Positions 50,343 through 62,240 of a stretch of DNA of 64,000 nucleotides are shown here, one piece after another. A program made the position numbers and the translations under genes. A model generated the notes under the pieces. The model saw only the letters and a program-made list of their open reading frames with translations. It ran no database searches and was not told the DNA's origin. Position 1 is the stretch's first letter, and the number at the start of each line of letters is the position of its first letter. The stretch covers positions 13,082,001 to 13,146,000 of the forward strand of contig JAQFVV010000003.1 of assembly GCA_028023455.1 (NCBI GenBank), in the 5' to 3' direction. This stretch comes from Epiperipatus broadwayi (taxonomy: Eukaryota; Animalia; Onychophora).

Positions 50343-53300
50343 TGTGAAATGGTAAATCTGATTCAGATTTGCCGTTTCACAGTCTGACCCACCTAATTAT
50401 TTATTTTACTAATGTTTGCTTTTTTTTTATTATTCTAAAAAAAAAATTAACTTTTTTTTTTAACTATCCTGAATAAATCCTAAAATTTATTTTGGATCAT
50501 ATATATATATAATTGTACTAACACTGTTATTCCATTTTTATTATTAAAAGAAAAAAATTCAAATAATTAACTCTGAATTTTTTTATATTATATATATATG
50601 TTTAAAATATCTAATTTTTTTTTCAGTATAAGAATCCAGGATGACCTTTTCTGAAAATATCTAATTTTTTTTTTCAATATAAGAATCCAAGATGGCCTTT
50701 TCTGAAAAATTTGTACCTCAATAAGAAGTTTAAAATAAATGTTTAAATTAAAAACACTTAGAAATTACCAAAATCCATTTTACTGTGGAATCTCTATTAA
50801 TTAATTAGTAGAGATTCTACATTGTTATCTCTAATTAAAAACTAACATAAAATTATATTGAAATCTATTGATCCTTATCGAGGTACAAACTTTCTAAAAT
50901 TAGAATAAAAGAATGATTTCGATTGTTTTTAAAATTGAAAATCACCTGAGGCAGCAGAAAATGAATACGTTTAGGAAGTTATAAATAGTGGTCCTTTTTA
51001 GATAGAAAAGAGACCAGACAGAGAGTTGTAGAAATCTCCACACCATGACGATCGAGTGGTAAAAAAGATAAATCACTGCCCTTTCCTTCCTGAGACCTGA
51101 AATCTTCTGTTATGCTGCTGTCCAAACCTGCCTCCAAAGAAGCCATCTACCACCAATGTTTGCCTGCAGAAACCATGATGATCGAGTAGTAAAAAGGGTA
51201 AATCACTGCCCTTTCTTTCCTGAGACCTGAAATCTTCCGTTATGCTGCTGCCCAAACCTGCCTTCAAAGAAGCCATCTGCCACCAATGTTTGCCTGCAGA
51301 ACTCATCCCAGAGAACTCCAAAGTAAAATGACGAAGAGCTTGAATACTTCCATCAAGATGTTTGAAACTATTATTGTAAGAGTATAAATGTATTTTCATA
51401 AAGCTTTTAACTGATTCTTTAACTCTTTTCTTTTAAATTATAATATTTCATTAATTCAAGCTCACCATAATTTTTAATATTTTGATTAATTAACTATGAA
51501 TTTATTTATTTGTTTTATATTATCTTAGCATGAGATTCCATGTCTTGATTTTTTTTTAATTTCGACTGGCTTCACTCGCGGGGACTCAAAGAGAGTAACT
51601 TGCTAAAAGAGCAAATTATGTTCATTAGTGGACGGGAACGTTAACAAAGAACGATTTAATTTTAAAATAAAATAATTTTGATCTATTTTTATTTCACAAG
51701 TGAAGTTATGTCGAATATATATATGTCAAAATAAACATCCCGTGTTTGTTACATCCTGTGTTTCTTTAAACAGTTTTTATTATAGATTTTCCAGAATGGG
51801 ATTCTATTATTTTATATTTCTGCAATTCAAAACAAAAGTAATATGCTAAAGATTTTGACCTAGTAATACGCCACTAGATAGCATCAGTTGATTATCATGC
51901 CTTTTTTTAAGTTAGGAAAGAGGGAAGGGGGGATTTATTCAAGAAATAAATTTCCTTATTTCTATATGTATGTTTTCTTTTGTACGTTAAATATTTATAT
52001 AAAGTAGTTGGTTACGCAGTTGGGTCTCTATGCAGTATTAGATCATTTTAAGGCTATTTAATTATAATTCATTCATATTTAATGATTATAATATCTCAGG
52101 TTAATAAAAAATGCTTGGAGTATCATGGACAGACCTAAAACGGTCATTGATTTAGTGGTGCGGAGTTAGCTTCCATTTTTGCATACTCTGTGAATCGGAT
52201 AGCTTGGCTGAGATAGAGTTGGTTAGCCTGTGTGATACCTGTAGAGGCAGGCACATTGACTTTCTGTAAATCCTATCTCCATATCGCTATATGGACACAA
52301 AATGTGGACGTATCGATTTTCCCTTTTTATTCTTTATTGGAATAGGCATACGAGTGTCCGTAATCTGACCCGTATGTTTTTACCTATGTTTTTTCACTCC
52401 TTTGCATTCATATATTTATTAACCTGACATTGTCCTGTTTTTCTTTTGCCTATCTAATACATAAGTCATAGGGAAATGATTCTACTTAAGGATCTTCGAC
52501 CTGAATAATCAACTCTTTTGTTTGTTTTCATAATTAGTTAAAATCGTTTGGTTTTGGCTAATTCACGTTATAATTCTTATAGGTTTGATTTTAGTTGTAA
52601 GTCCAACTAAAGTGGCTTGTTTGCTTGATAATTAACTGATCTATTTTTTTATTATAACCGCTTACAGTTTTAAAGTTATTTATAAGTTATGCCAGCAAGG
52701 TCCACTAATGTCATAAAACATTAGTTATTAAAAATCTAAATTATTATTTTTACAAAGAGAAATAAAATCAATTTTTTTATTTTATATGTTAGTGGAGTAA
52801 GACGTCAAATTAGTCTTATTACAATCGTCTATTTAATTAATGTCTTTTTCAATAGAAATTTTTTTTTTTAAATCTTGTATAAAGAACTCATGAAAATAGT
52901 TATTCTTATATATGTGCATTAGGCAGATGTTTAAACCTGCCGCTATATTACAAGCTTGTACTAAATGTGCATGGGCAATTTTAAAATCCATGATCATTTA
53001 ATTATAAAATTATTTTTGTCTTATTTTAAAGGAAAATAACTATAACCAAAAGTAAAAATATATAAACTAAACAGTGTAAAAGATAACCGCTAATATAATG
53101 ACTTGTATGATTTATAAAGTTAATTTAAAGATTGCATTTTTTTTTTTTAAAGAGCTTGAGTTAGACTAATGTAAAATGCTTAATGATTTTTAAATACATA
53201 TATAACTAAAACCAAACTTCCAGTGTGCTTCGAATCATTTTATTTACTTTTATTTTAAATAAATTTTGATTTTTAAATATATCTATTAATCAATCATCCA

Positions 53301-53551
53301 AGTTCTCATCTAAAATATATAATTAAATTGAATCTCATGCTTTAAGACCCAGCTGCTGGGATGGTGAAAGTAAAGGAATTTGATTGTGTCGTCGAGAAAG
53401 GCTATTGATTAGATGTTTGACCTGGGGATATAGGTAAATAGGGAAGAATTCATGATGTACCTGATTATATATCTTGTACATGGTCAGACTCAAGGTACTT
53501 TACCTGTATTCAGGGGTTTGTTAGATCGATGTGTGTTTTTCGACCGGTACA
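50343..53551 (+). repeat. 3' LTR (3209 bp, TGT...ACA)
   Basis: Starts TGTGAAATGG after the PPT and ends ...GACCGGTACA, where similarity to the 5' copy stops. Carries a 130 bp tandem duplication (51043-51301) and a smaller one at about 50605-50705. Confidence 0.9.
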
Positions 53552-54925
53552 TCAGATTACAGTAAGTTTTCAAGTTTTTGGCAAATGCAATTTTTGTTTT
53601 GGAGACCGTCTGTTAAACAATTCTATAGTTTTGGATTCTGTTGTACCATTAATTGGCCATAAAAGTTTGATCAACTTTAAATCACTGACAAATTGGACAA
53701 TTTTTTATAGGCTATAAAACTGGCCACTATTTTTTATCATATTGTAAAATTTCTGGTGTAGAAGACAATGTTATATTGGTTTGAATTTCCATTTCTTTGC
53801 TTCATGCTAATCAAAAATATATAACGTTTTTCCTATTACTTTGTACAATCTTTATATATTTAAAGAATGTTCTAATTTAAGTATTCCTTTTAATAAACAA
53901 TATAATTTTACGCTATTATATATATAAAGCAATTGCATGCTAAAGATAATATAAAAGTTTATTTCACAATTATTGTATTAGTCTCTTAATTGATTTGATG
54001 CCTGATTTTTCTCATTTAAATTCTCCAAGCAGCTATAGTTTAGAATATAAATAAGTGATTGTAATTGAGTTACATTTCTGTGAGATTTTATGCTTCAGGT
54101 TTATCACAAATAGTTGGAATTTTAGTAATTAAAAGCTTACAAAAGGAATTAATTAGAGAGGAAATGACTAGGTCTGTAAGACGCATACAGAAAAGTATTT
54201 CTAATCAAATTTTCAAAATTGTTAACAAGTATAAGTTTATATACAGGCCTACACAAAGGATCTTGGTACTTCTTTCTTCTAAAAAATAATATTTAATTTA
54301 AACTTCATCTTGGGTATCATTTGTCTTTTTCAGATGTCTTTATTAATATTTCAAGAATATGTGGTTGGAGTGGAGATTTTAATTGTAAATAAAAAAGGAT
54401 AGTACACATGAAAAAAAGATGAAGTTGAATCATTTCATGTGCTTATGTTTAATTAAAAACAGATTGAAGTTTAAAGTTTATATCTGGGCTAGGGATAAAT
54501 TTCTAAATAACAACTCATTAGTAATAATCACTAATATGTTTTTCTGAACTGGTTAGTGTTAAAGTTGTGAATGCTGAAAATTGCATACTGTACTTGTAAA
54601 TCAAAGTGCGATAATGTATATTGTGTGTAGGTAAAAATAAAAGATAAAAATGCTTTTAAATAGACCACTAGTAAAGACTTATCTAGGGAGTAGTACCTTG
54701 TAGAGAAAAGTGAAAAAAAGTCATTACATATCAGGTGTGCCAATTTCTGACCAATATTTGAGTTATTGATTATGTGATAAAAAAATTTCTGAACTTGACA
54801 AGAAACTTGATAAGACCTTCAATAAAATTTCAATTTTATTTGACCCAAATTCACACTCATGGCATGTAAATAGCATTATAAATATGTCACCGTTATTCCA
54901 TGAGATTATAAGGTGCACCGATTAT

Positions 54926-54927
54926 AC

Positions 54928-54962
<35 letters not shown>

Positions 54963-54988
54963 AAGAGACAGTGTGTGTGTGTGTGTGT
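54926..54988. repeat. compound microsatellite (TA)n(GA)n(GT)n
   Basis: Directly visible. Confidence 0.9.
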
Positions 54989-55684
54989 TCGAAGTAAAGT
55001 GCTTTCTTATTAAATAGGTATAAATGAATAACTTCACACATTAAATATTTCCACTTAAAACATCTATTAAAAATGTATGACAATATAAATATATATATAT
55101 ATACATGAAAATAATACCAGTGCTAATGCTAAACTGAAATAAAAATCCAAATATTAAATCAGCACTGCCCTCTGAAATAAATTAGGGGGGTGCTGGATTT
55201 TTTAACCATATGAGGTGATTTAATATTTTGATATATATATATCTGACATAAATTAACTAAAAATGAATGGATATTGCTCTGAATATGGATAAAACAACAT
55301 AAACTGACTGCTTCCTGAATAGTTTAATGGTCTACTTTTTTTATGTGCTCTGAATTTTTTGTATTATTATTGCTGATAGATTTTTTGCTGGTTTCAAATG
55401 GTGTAAATTGAAAGCTTTTATAATCTGCAAATTTATGGGCAACCAATCATTTTAATAATTGCAGAAATATTTGAACAAATATTTTACACAATAAGAAATC
55501 AGTTCAATATTGTAGATGATCTAAAGCTTATCTTATTAGAATTTGCAATCAGTGGAACATTTTTCTCCTTTTTTTTTAATTCAGAGTGCTCATCTGTGTA
55601 AAAAGGCTTAAGAAAAAATTGCAGCCAATTTAAATATTCATTTTATCATAAATTGCCAGTGAGACCTAAGTTTATGCTCTATAT

Positions 55685-55732
55685 AATAATAATAATAATA
55701 ATAATAATGATGATGATGATGATGATGATGAT
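55685..55732. repeat. compound microsatellite (AAT)n(GAT)n
   Basis: Directly visible. Confidence 0.9.
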
Positions 55733-57309
55733 ATATTTGCATGAATTACAAAGAAAAGTACAAAAAAATATTAAAATGTAAATAGCATTTTGTAAATTAG
55801 TGAAATCTATCTTTCAACTTTAGAAATTATAATGTAAGCAGTTATTAAGGTCAGTAAACATAATGTCATGTGGAACCAGAGTTTTGCAGTTGTTTTTTAG
55901 CTAATTGATTTTTTTCCTAATAAAAGATACCATATTTGTGTTGTTTGATTGCTTATAATTAAAAACCAATCATAAGAGTTTGTCTTTGTTGCATTTGATG
56001 TCTTAAATTTAATCACAGTTTATATAATGGAATTCTAAAGCTGAATAAGTATAACTAGCATTTAATTAATGTCAGCCAAAAAAAGTCAGATATGATTTTT
56101 GATTTCAATATTATAAATCTTAAATGATGTAAAGTTCTCTTTGTTTTCTTATTCCAGTATGTCTCTGAGCAGAAACCTTAATATACAACAAAAAACATAA
56201 GCAACACATATAATTATGTTTAAATAAAATATTATTTATTAATAAAAAGAATAACTAGAAAATCTGTTGTGGTCAACCATTATAATACATTAACAAAATT
56301 TATAAAGAGATATTTGGAAACAAATGCATTGTAAAAGTAGAAATATGGAGAAATGTAATCTCCTTGACATTATGTAGTATTTGATCATGAATCTTAATAT
56401 ATTTTTTTTAAAATTAAAATCAGGTTTAAGATTTCTTTTAAATATCTAGATCACAATCAACCATCAATTATTAGTAATAAATATCACTTTTAATTATATA
56501 GTGGGTTAATATTTCAGATTACTTTGGATTGGTCAGATGACTCTAATGAAATGATTGTAAAAAAAAATATTGTCATGCAATGAAACCTTTACACTAGTAG
56601 GAAAATGCCGTAATCGTATGAGTATTAGAAATTTACTTTTATTTTTTAGCGGCTTAACACTATAAAAAAATGTATCATCTATTTTTTATTGACAATATTG
56701 AAGCTTAATGTATTCTGAAAGTTATGACTTTTAAAGTACTATTTTTTTGCAATATTTTACAGCTTAAAAATCCAAAACATGTTAAAATATCAAGTGAGGT
56801 AACTTTTTTTAAAGATGTTTTGCAATAATATTGTTTCAGATGAGGTTCAGTATAAAAAGAGGCAAGTTGACATTGGCTTTTTATTTATTTATTAAGTTAA
56901 AGCCCAATAGTACCATCATGCTTTGAACAAACAGGATAGCGAATAGTATTCTTTCGTAATTATCAGACAGCTATTTCACAAAAAAATGTTTTAAGTAACT
57001 TTATCGATGTTTTTTATTTTTCCATAGTTCTCTTTTTGAGTGTGTATCTTTTTTTTTTTTTATTCATAGTCATTTTGTTATTGAATAAATAGTATTTTTT
57101 TCAAAGAATTATATATTTTCATCATATGAGATTGAAGTTAAGTTAATGATTTCATCTGTTTACTTCATTTTATAAATGAGATAGTAATAATTGAGTCAAT
57201 ACTTTTGGGTGCATATATGGGATTTGAACACAGACTTTCAAACTTCCTTCAGCTATCTATTCCATTTCGTACAACCAATACACATCACATACATGTGAAA
57301 AAGATAAAT

Positions 57310-57364
57310 GATCTCCAATATATGTATTTCATGCTGAATCATTACTCATCAGTTAATCCAGATC
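57310..57364 (-). ncRNA. type I minimal hammerhead ribozyme (core intact, stem II degenerate)
   Basis: Minus strand: gatct-gga-ttaa CTGATGA gtaatg-att-cagcat GAAA tacata TA ttgg-agatc. Confidence 0.65.
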
Positions 57365-57466
57365 ATCATTTTCCATTCACACATATAATCATTGACAATT
57401 TATATTAAGATAGCAAATCTTTAGATATGGATGGCTGAAAAGTGGAGTAGAATGATGTGGGAAATA

Positions 57467-57520
57467 ATCTGGACCAACTGATGAGTGCTGGTTCAGCATA
57501 AAATACATATATTGGAGGTC
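57467..57520 (+). ncRNA. type I minimal hammerhead ribozyme (stems intact, G12 to A core mutation at 57500)
   Basis: aatct-gga-ccaa CTGATGA gtgctg-gtt-cagcat aAAA tacata TA ttgg-aggtc. Confidence 0.7.
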
Positions 57521-60236
57521 ATTTATCTTTTTTACATGTATTTGATCATGTGTGTCAGTTGTATGAGATAGAATGGATAACTGAAGAAAGCTTGAAAGTT
57601 TGTGTTCAAATCCTCTATAATTACATTTAAACTCCAAGTATATGAATTTTGTCTGTATTTCAAAAATATTTTGAGTGAATAGTAAATTTTTTGTTTTTAA
57701 CAGATACTACTAATGAATTTTTATACAATTTTTGCCTATGTACTAAAGTTTTTTAATTAGTTTTTGGAGAGTAGTGTTTATGTATTGATAGCATTTCACT
57801 CATTTTCTTTTTTCCAGTAAAACTTATGATGTATTTTCTCTTTTATAACAATGCACTATTTTTCCTCTGAAAAATTTCCAATTTCGATGGAGATATATCT
57901 TAGATCTTTTCTGTATTGTCTTTACCAGAATTATCCAAAGAATGGCTGTGATGTTTGTGCTTTGAAATATTAAATGACATCAGCAGTCTAAGGGATATAG
58001 ATAAAAATAGTTCTGTACAAATCTCTTTTTTTTTTGTCACAGAGGAAGCTGTCACAAAAGATCATTATTATAGTCATTATAAGTATTTTTATGTGACCAA
58101 AAAGATGTAGTAGTCAAAGATATTCATCATAATCTTATTGAGTTGATTTAAGAGATTGTAAGTTGCAAAAAGGGTAGTCTTTGTTGAAAAATGTAGAAAG
58201 AATATAGTGAGAAATAATCTATATAAAAATTTAAGATAATGTTTACCAGTGATATATCTAAAAGTAATTTTTTAAATAAATTTAGAGGTGTGAACTTCAT
58301 CTCCATAATGATGAGTTATTGCAAAACATATATTTTCCATGGTGCATCAGTGAATGAAATGTTAAATTGATTTAACCATCAAGTTATATATACCAGAACA
58401 TATTTCATTAGATAGATACTTTTATTTTTCAAGTATTTTATAGAATGGGAGAATGTATTGTATAAATTAGGGGATCCTTGATTATTTTAATTTGTTGTAT
58501 TAATAAACATTAGAAGTAGTGACAATGGTTATTATACTTGAGGATTGCATTTCCAAATGTTTTTACATGCTTTGAGAGCAAAATGATTTCCTATGAAAGA
58601 ATTCATAAACAAACATTTCTTTTTCATAATAAGAAATGTTGTCATTTTGAATTATATATAATTGTGTATGATGATGAAAAAAATTGTAGAAATGATTGAA
58701 ACATCTACTACTGTGCTAAATAATTGAATGATTAGTCATTCAGAAGGTCAGGTATTGTTTTATCATCTGAAATGATTGGTAGAGTTTCGATTCATAAAAT
58801 ATAATTCTCACCTTGATATTAATAGAATGGTTATTATTTGCAATGGCACATGACATTTAAAAATTAAAGTGGTGGTTGGAATTTTAATCTAAAAACCTTT
58901 ATCTTTCAAATGTATAATAAATGTGACTACATTTTCCAGTATTGATAAATTATAAGTCTTTTTAAAGTTTATATTTACTGATTTTGTTTTTTATAATCAT
59001 TTGTAGTCTATTTACTGATGCCCTTTTATATTTGTGTTAGCTGATTTCATTTTTCTTTTAATACAATTTTTTTTTCTTTTGCTTAAAATTTTAAATGCTC
59101 TTCCTTGTTAATCTTTGTTTAATTAATTCAATGTATTTGTGTTGAAAATTGTTTCTTACTTATTTCCAGTTTATTTTGCTTTTTTTTATATTAAACACTA
59201 GCATTTTGATATCTTTGGTTCTATAATAGGGTGGATTAATGATTGTGCCATAATAAAAAATGTCATGTTATAGTATAGTAATTCAATAATATATTTTTTT
59301 ATTTTTAAAAGTTTTATAAGCTGCCAGAAAATTAAACAAAATTGTAATATAATTATTAAATAACAGCTATTCATTTGGATATTTATGCACTTACAATATG
59401 TTCTGAATATTACATAAAAAATTAATTTTTACATCAATGCTTTTCAGCCAGAAAATTTGATAATTTTCTTTTTTTGTTCAAAATGGCAAATTCAAAATGA
59501 GAAATATATTCTCACTTATGTGAATAAATCTGTTATACTTTTTTATAAATATGTGTGTATTAATTTATTCAAGAATAAGCAAAAATACATTATTTGAATA
59601 AATCTTAACTCAAGCTAAAATATCAAACTCTGGCTATTGTGAAAATTTGAAATACCTGTCACATAATTTTAAATGGATTATCAGTATAATAGATTGTCAG
59701 TTTCCTGAATATTGGATTGATGTTCAGATGATTTTTTGATATTTTAAAAAGAGGCTTCTTCTGAATGATAATTTAATAATAAACTAGCATTTATAATTAA
59801 GTCTGTGACAATGAAGCCTTATAGAGTGATCAAATTGTTCAACAAACTATTAAATTAAAATGGTTACAATAAATTCAAAAACATACAACAAATACTAGAA
59901 TGGTAGACATTTTTATCATAAAAGGCTTGTCAATTTATTACATTTTCATTTACCATTGTCAAACTCTCTCCACTCACAACTTTGATGTCATCCATTTCAG
60001 ATAAATACAATAATGATTATAACTAATCACTTTCAAAACTAGAGATTATCTCTAGCACAGATATAAACTTTAAACCTCAGTTAAAGATTAATATATCTGA
60101 TTTTTTTTTAATTTACACGAATATGTAGAGTTATTCGCCTTTCTCTGTCCCAGGTATAATATCTTAATAGATATAATAAACACCTTCATACTTCCCCATT
60201 CTTTTTAAATTCATATAAAGCTATAATAAAAAACTA

Positions 60237-60293
60237 ATGACCCCTAAGATGCATTTCATGCTGAACCACCACTCATCAGTTGGCCCATGTCAC
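60237..60293 (-). ncRNA. type I minimal hammerhead ribozyme (core intact; one stem II and one stem I mismatch)
   Basis: Minus strand: gtgac-atggg-ccaa CTGATGA gtggtg-gtt-cagcat GAAA tgca TC ttag-gg-gtcat. Confidence 0.75.
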
Positions 60294-60812
60294 TATCTCT
60301 CATATATCTCTATTATATGCAAAGTATTTATTAAGAGCAAATTGTTACATTTTTATTTACCATTGTCAAACTCCCTCCACTCACAACTTTGATGCCATCC
60401 ATTTCAGATAAATACAATAATGATTATAACTAATCATTTTCGAAACTAGAGATTATCTCTAGCACAGATATAAATTTTAAACCTCAGATATTTATATGAA
60501 TTTAAAAAGAATAGGGAAGTATGAAGGTGTTTATTATATCTATTAAGATATTACACACGGGACAGAGAAAAGTGTGTTTGTGTAAATTTAAAAAAATCAG
60601 ATATATTAATCTTTAACTGAGGTTTAAAGTTTATATCTATGCTAGAGATAATCTCTAGTTTCGAAAATGATTAATAATAATCATTAGTGTATTTATCTGA
60701 AATGGATGGTGTCAAAGCTGTGAGTGTAGGCAGTTTGACAGTGGTAAATGAAAATGTAACAATTTACTCTAAGTAAATACTTTGCATATAATAGAGATGT
60801 ATATGAGAGATA

Positions 60813-60869
60813 GTGACTTGGGTCAACTGATGAGTGCTGGTTCAGCATGAAATGCATCTTGGGGGTCAT
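60813..60869 (+). ncRNA. type I minimal hammerhead ribozyme, apparently intact
   Basis: gtgac-ttggg-tcaa CTGATGA(60827-60833) gtgctg-gtt-cagcat GAAA(60849-60852) tgca TC ttgg-gg-gtcat. 6 bp stem II, palindromic ATGCAT stem III, predicted AUC cleavage after 60858. Confidence 0.82.
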
Positions 60870-62200
60870 TTGTCTTTTATTATATCTTTATTTATATGAA
60901 TTTAAAAAGAATAGGGAAGTATGAAGGTGTTTATTATATTTTATCAAATTAGTGTCTCTGACTTGCTTTTATCTCTAGCAATGAAAATATTGTATATTCA
61001 TTTTTAAAAAAGTGTTCTCCTAGATGTATGTACTGTAATAATTTTAACCATGAGTAATAAAAAGGGAATTTGAAAGCTTATTAATGCTGACATCAAAATA
61101 AGTAATTTTGAAGTAAATATTTGATAAAAATAATGAAAATTTTACTACTAAATAAATAATAATTAAATCAATAAATGTCCTTGGCTGAAAGAGCAAAAGT
61201 TACAATCAACACTAGTGGGTGATATAGTAGCCAGGTCCACAGTACTTGTCAGAATCTTTCAGTGCTTAGTAAAGAATCAACATTTTTATCACAGTTTGTG
61301 AGCATTTAGTATTTTTTAGTTTTTCTTCTGCAGTTTGTTCATTTTTACTAGTTTTTTTTAATTAATTATTTTTTATTTATTTCATGTGCATATAAATACT
61401 AATTTTAATAATGAACCAGAAAAATAGAGATAAATTGAAGTGAAAAAAAAAGATCATTTATAAAAGGGAAAATAATAAATGTCAGTGGCTTAATTTTTGA
61501 ATATGATATGGCTAAGTGAATGATCTGAACCATCTTCAAAAATAAAGGTGAATTAAAAACTTTAAGTTATGTAATTTACATTATAACATCATAGAAGGAA
61601 TGAAAACTCTTTACTAATAAGATTTAATCTAAAGCAAATGGGAGATAGTGGTATCATTGAGGCAATCATTTGTATAAAGGCCAAGCAATTGTTTAAATAA
61701 TTTCCTGATAAACCTCTACTACAAATGCTATCCATGCTAAGGAATTTATTAATATCCAAGAATGAATTATTGGATTTGAGAAAAGAACTATATTAAATAA
61801 TGTTATAAGACATGGTAAAGCTGCTAGCATAAATAGGATCATTGCTGAGCATTTTACTTTATGCTATAAAAGCTGAATTTTACTTTTCTTTAAAACTAAA
61901 CTATACATACTTTTTCATTTATAGTTTTGATTTTGTATCATTTTTTAGATAGTTGAATGGTATCCTTAATATGTATTTTAACCTAAGCTACAATGAACAG
62001 ATGAGCATAATGAATCAATCTTCTGAACCATTTAATTTATATTTTTATTTTTCTCCTTTTACTTTTTTTGCATTTTTTCATATATTCAAATATATTGCTT
62101 ACAATAACCCCTTCATATGCATTTTAATGCAAAAAACTTTTTATAATGATTCCTTTGTTTCCCTGACAGTTTCGACTTAAAAGGTAGAGGAATTTAAGAT

Positions 62201-62240
62201 TGTTCTGATGAAGACTGCAGGACAGTCAAAACTCAGGAAA
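62201..62240 (+). ncRNA. decayed PLE-type hammerhead remnant
   Basis: CTGATGA a gactg-cagga-cagtc aAAA c TC agg. Perfect 5 bp stem II but a mutated GAAA. An inverted partial copy with an intact GAAA (agtcGAAActgTCaggg) is at 62158-62178. Confidence 0.45.

Larger units (their letters stand above)
40178..53551 (+). mobile_element. Ty3/Gypsy LTR retrotransposon, 13.4 kb, pseudogenised
   Basis: Two long direct repeats flank a gag-PR-RT-RH-INT region in Gypsy order, with a PPT before the 3' LTR. No TSD or canonical PBS was identified. Confidence 0.93.
57202..57670. mobile_element. family X1 element as a head-to-head inverted pair of ~170-200 bp arms
   Basis: About 57219-57365 is the reverse complement of about 57465-57615, and both are homologous to 11353-11500. 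Possible 11 bp TSD TTGAGTCAATA / TTGAGTGAATA (57191-57201 and 57671-57681). Confidence 0.8.
59938..60940. mobile_element. 'family X2' locus: ~410 bp monomer in tandem (1.35 copies forward, then ~1.1 copies inverted) carrying a hammerhead
   Basis: Segment A at 59938-60070 recurs at 60346-60487. From 60488 the sequence is the reverse complement of segments B, A, C and part of B. Confidence 0.85.

Noticed and set aside
54099-54230. Exon-like segment (cag acceptor; LSQIVGILVIKSLQKELIREEM...) faintly reminiscent of a TM helix plus tail
   Set aside because: Isolated, with ambiguous donors and no compatible neighbouring exons or diagnostic motif.
58040-58900. Possible decayed CACTA/EnSpm transposase (LHLHNDELLQ-like motif)
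   Set aside because: A single short motif resemblance with no TIRs or further motifs.
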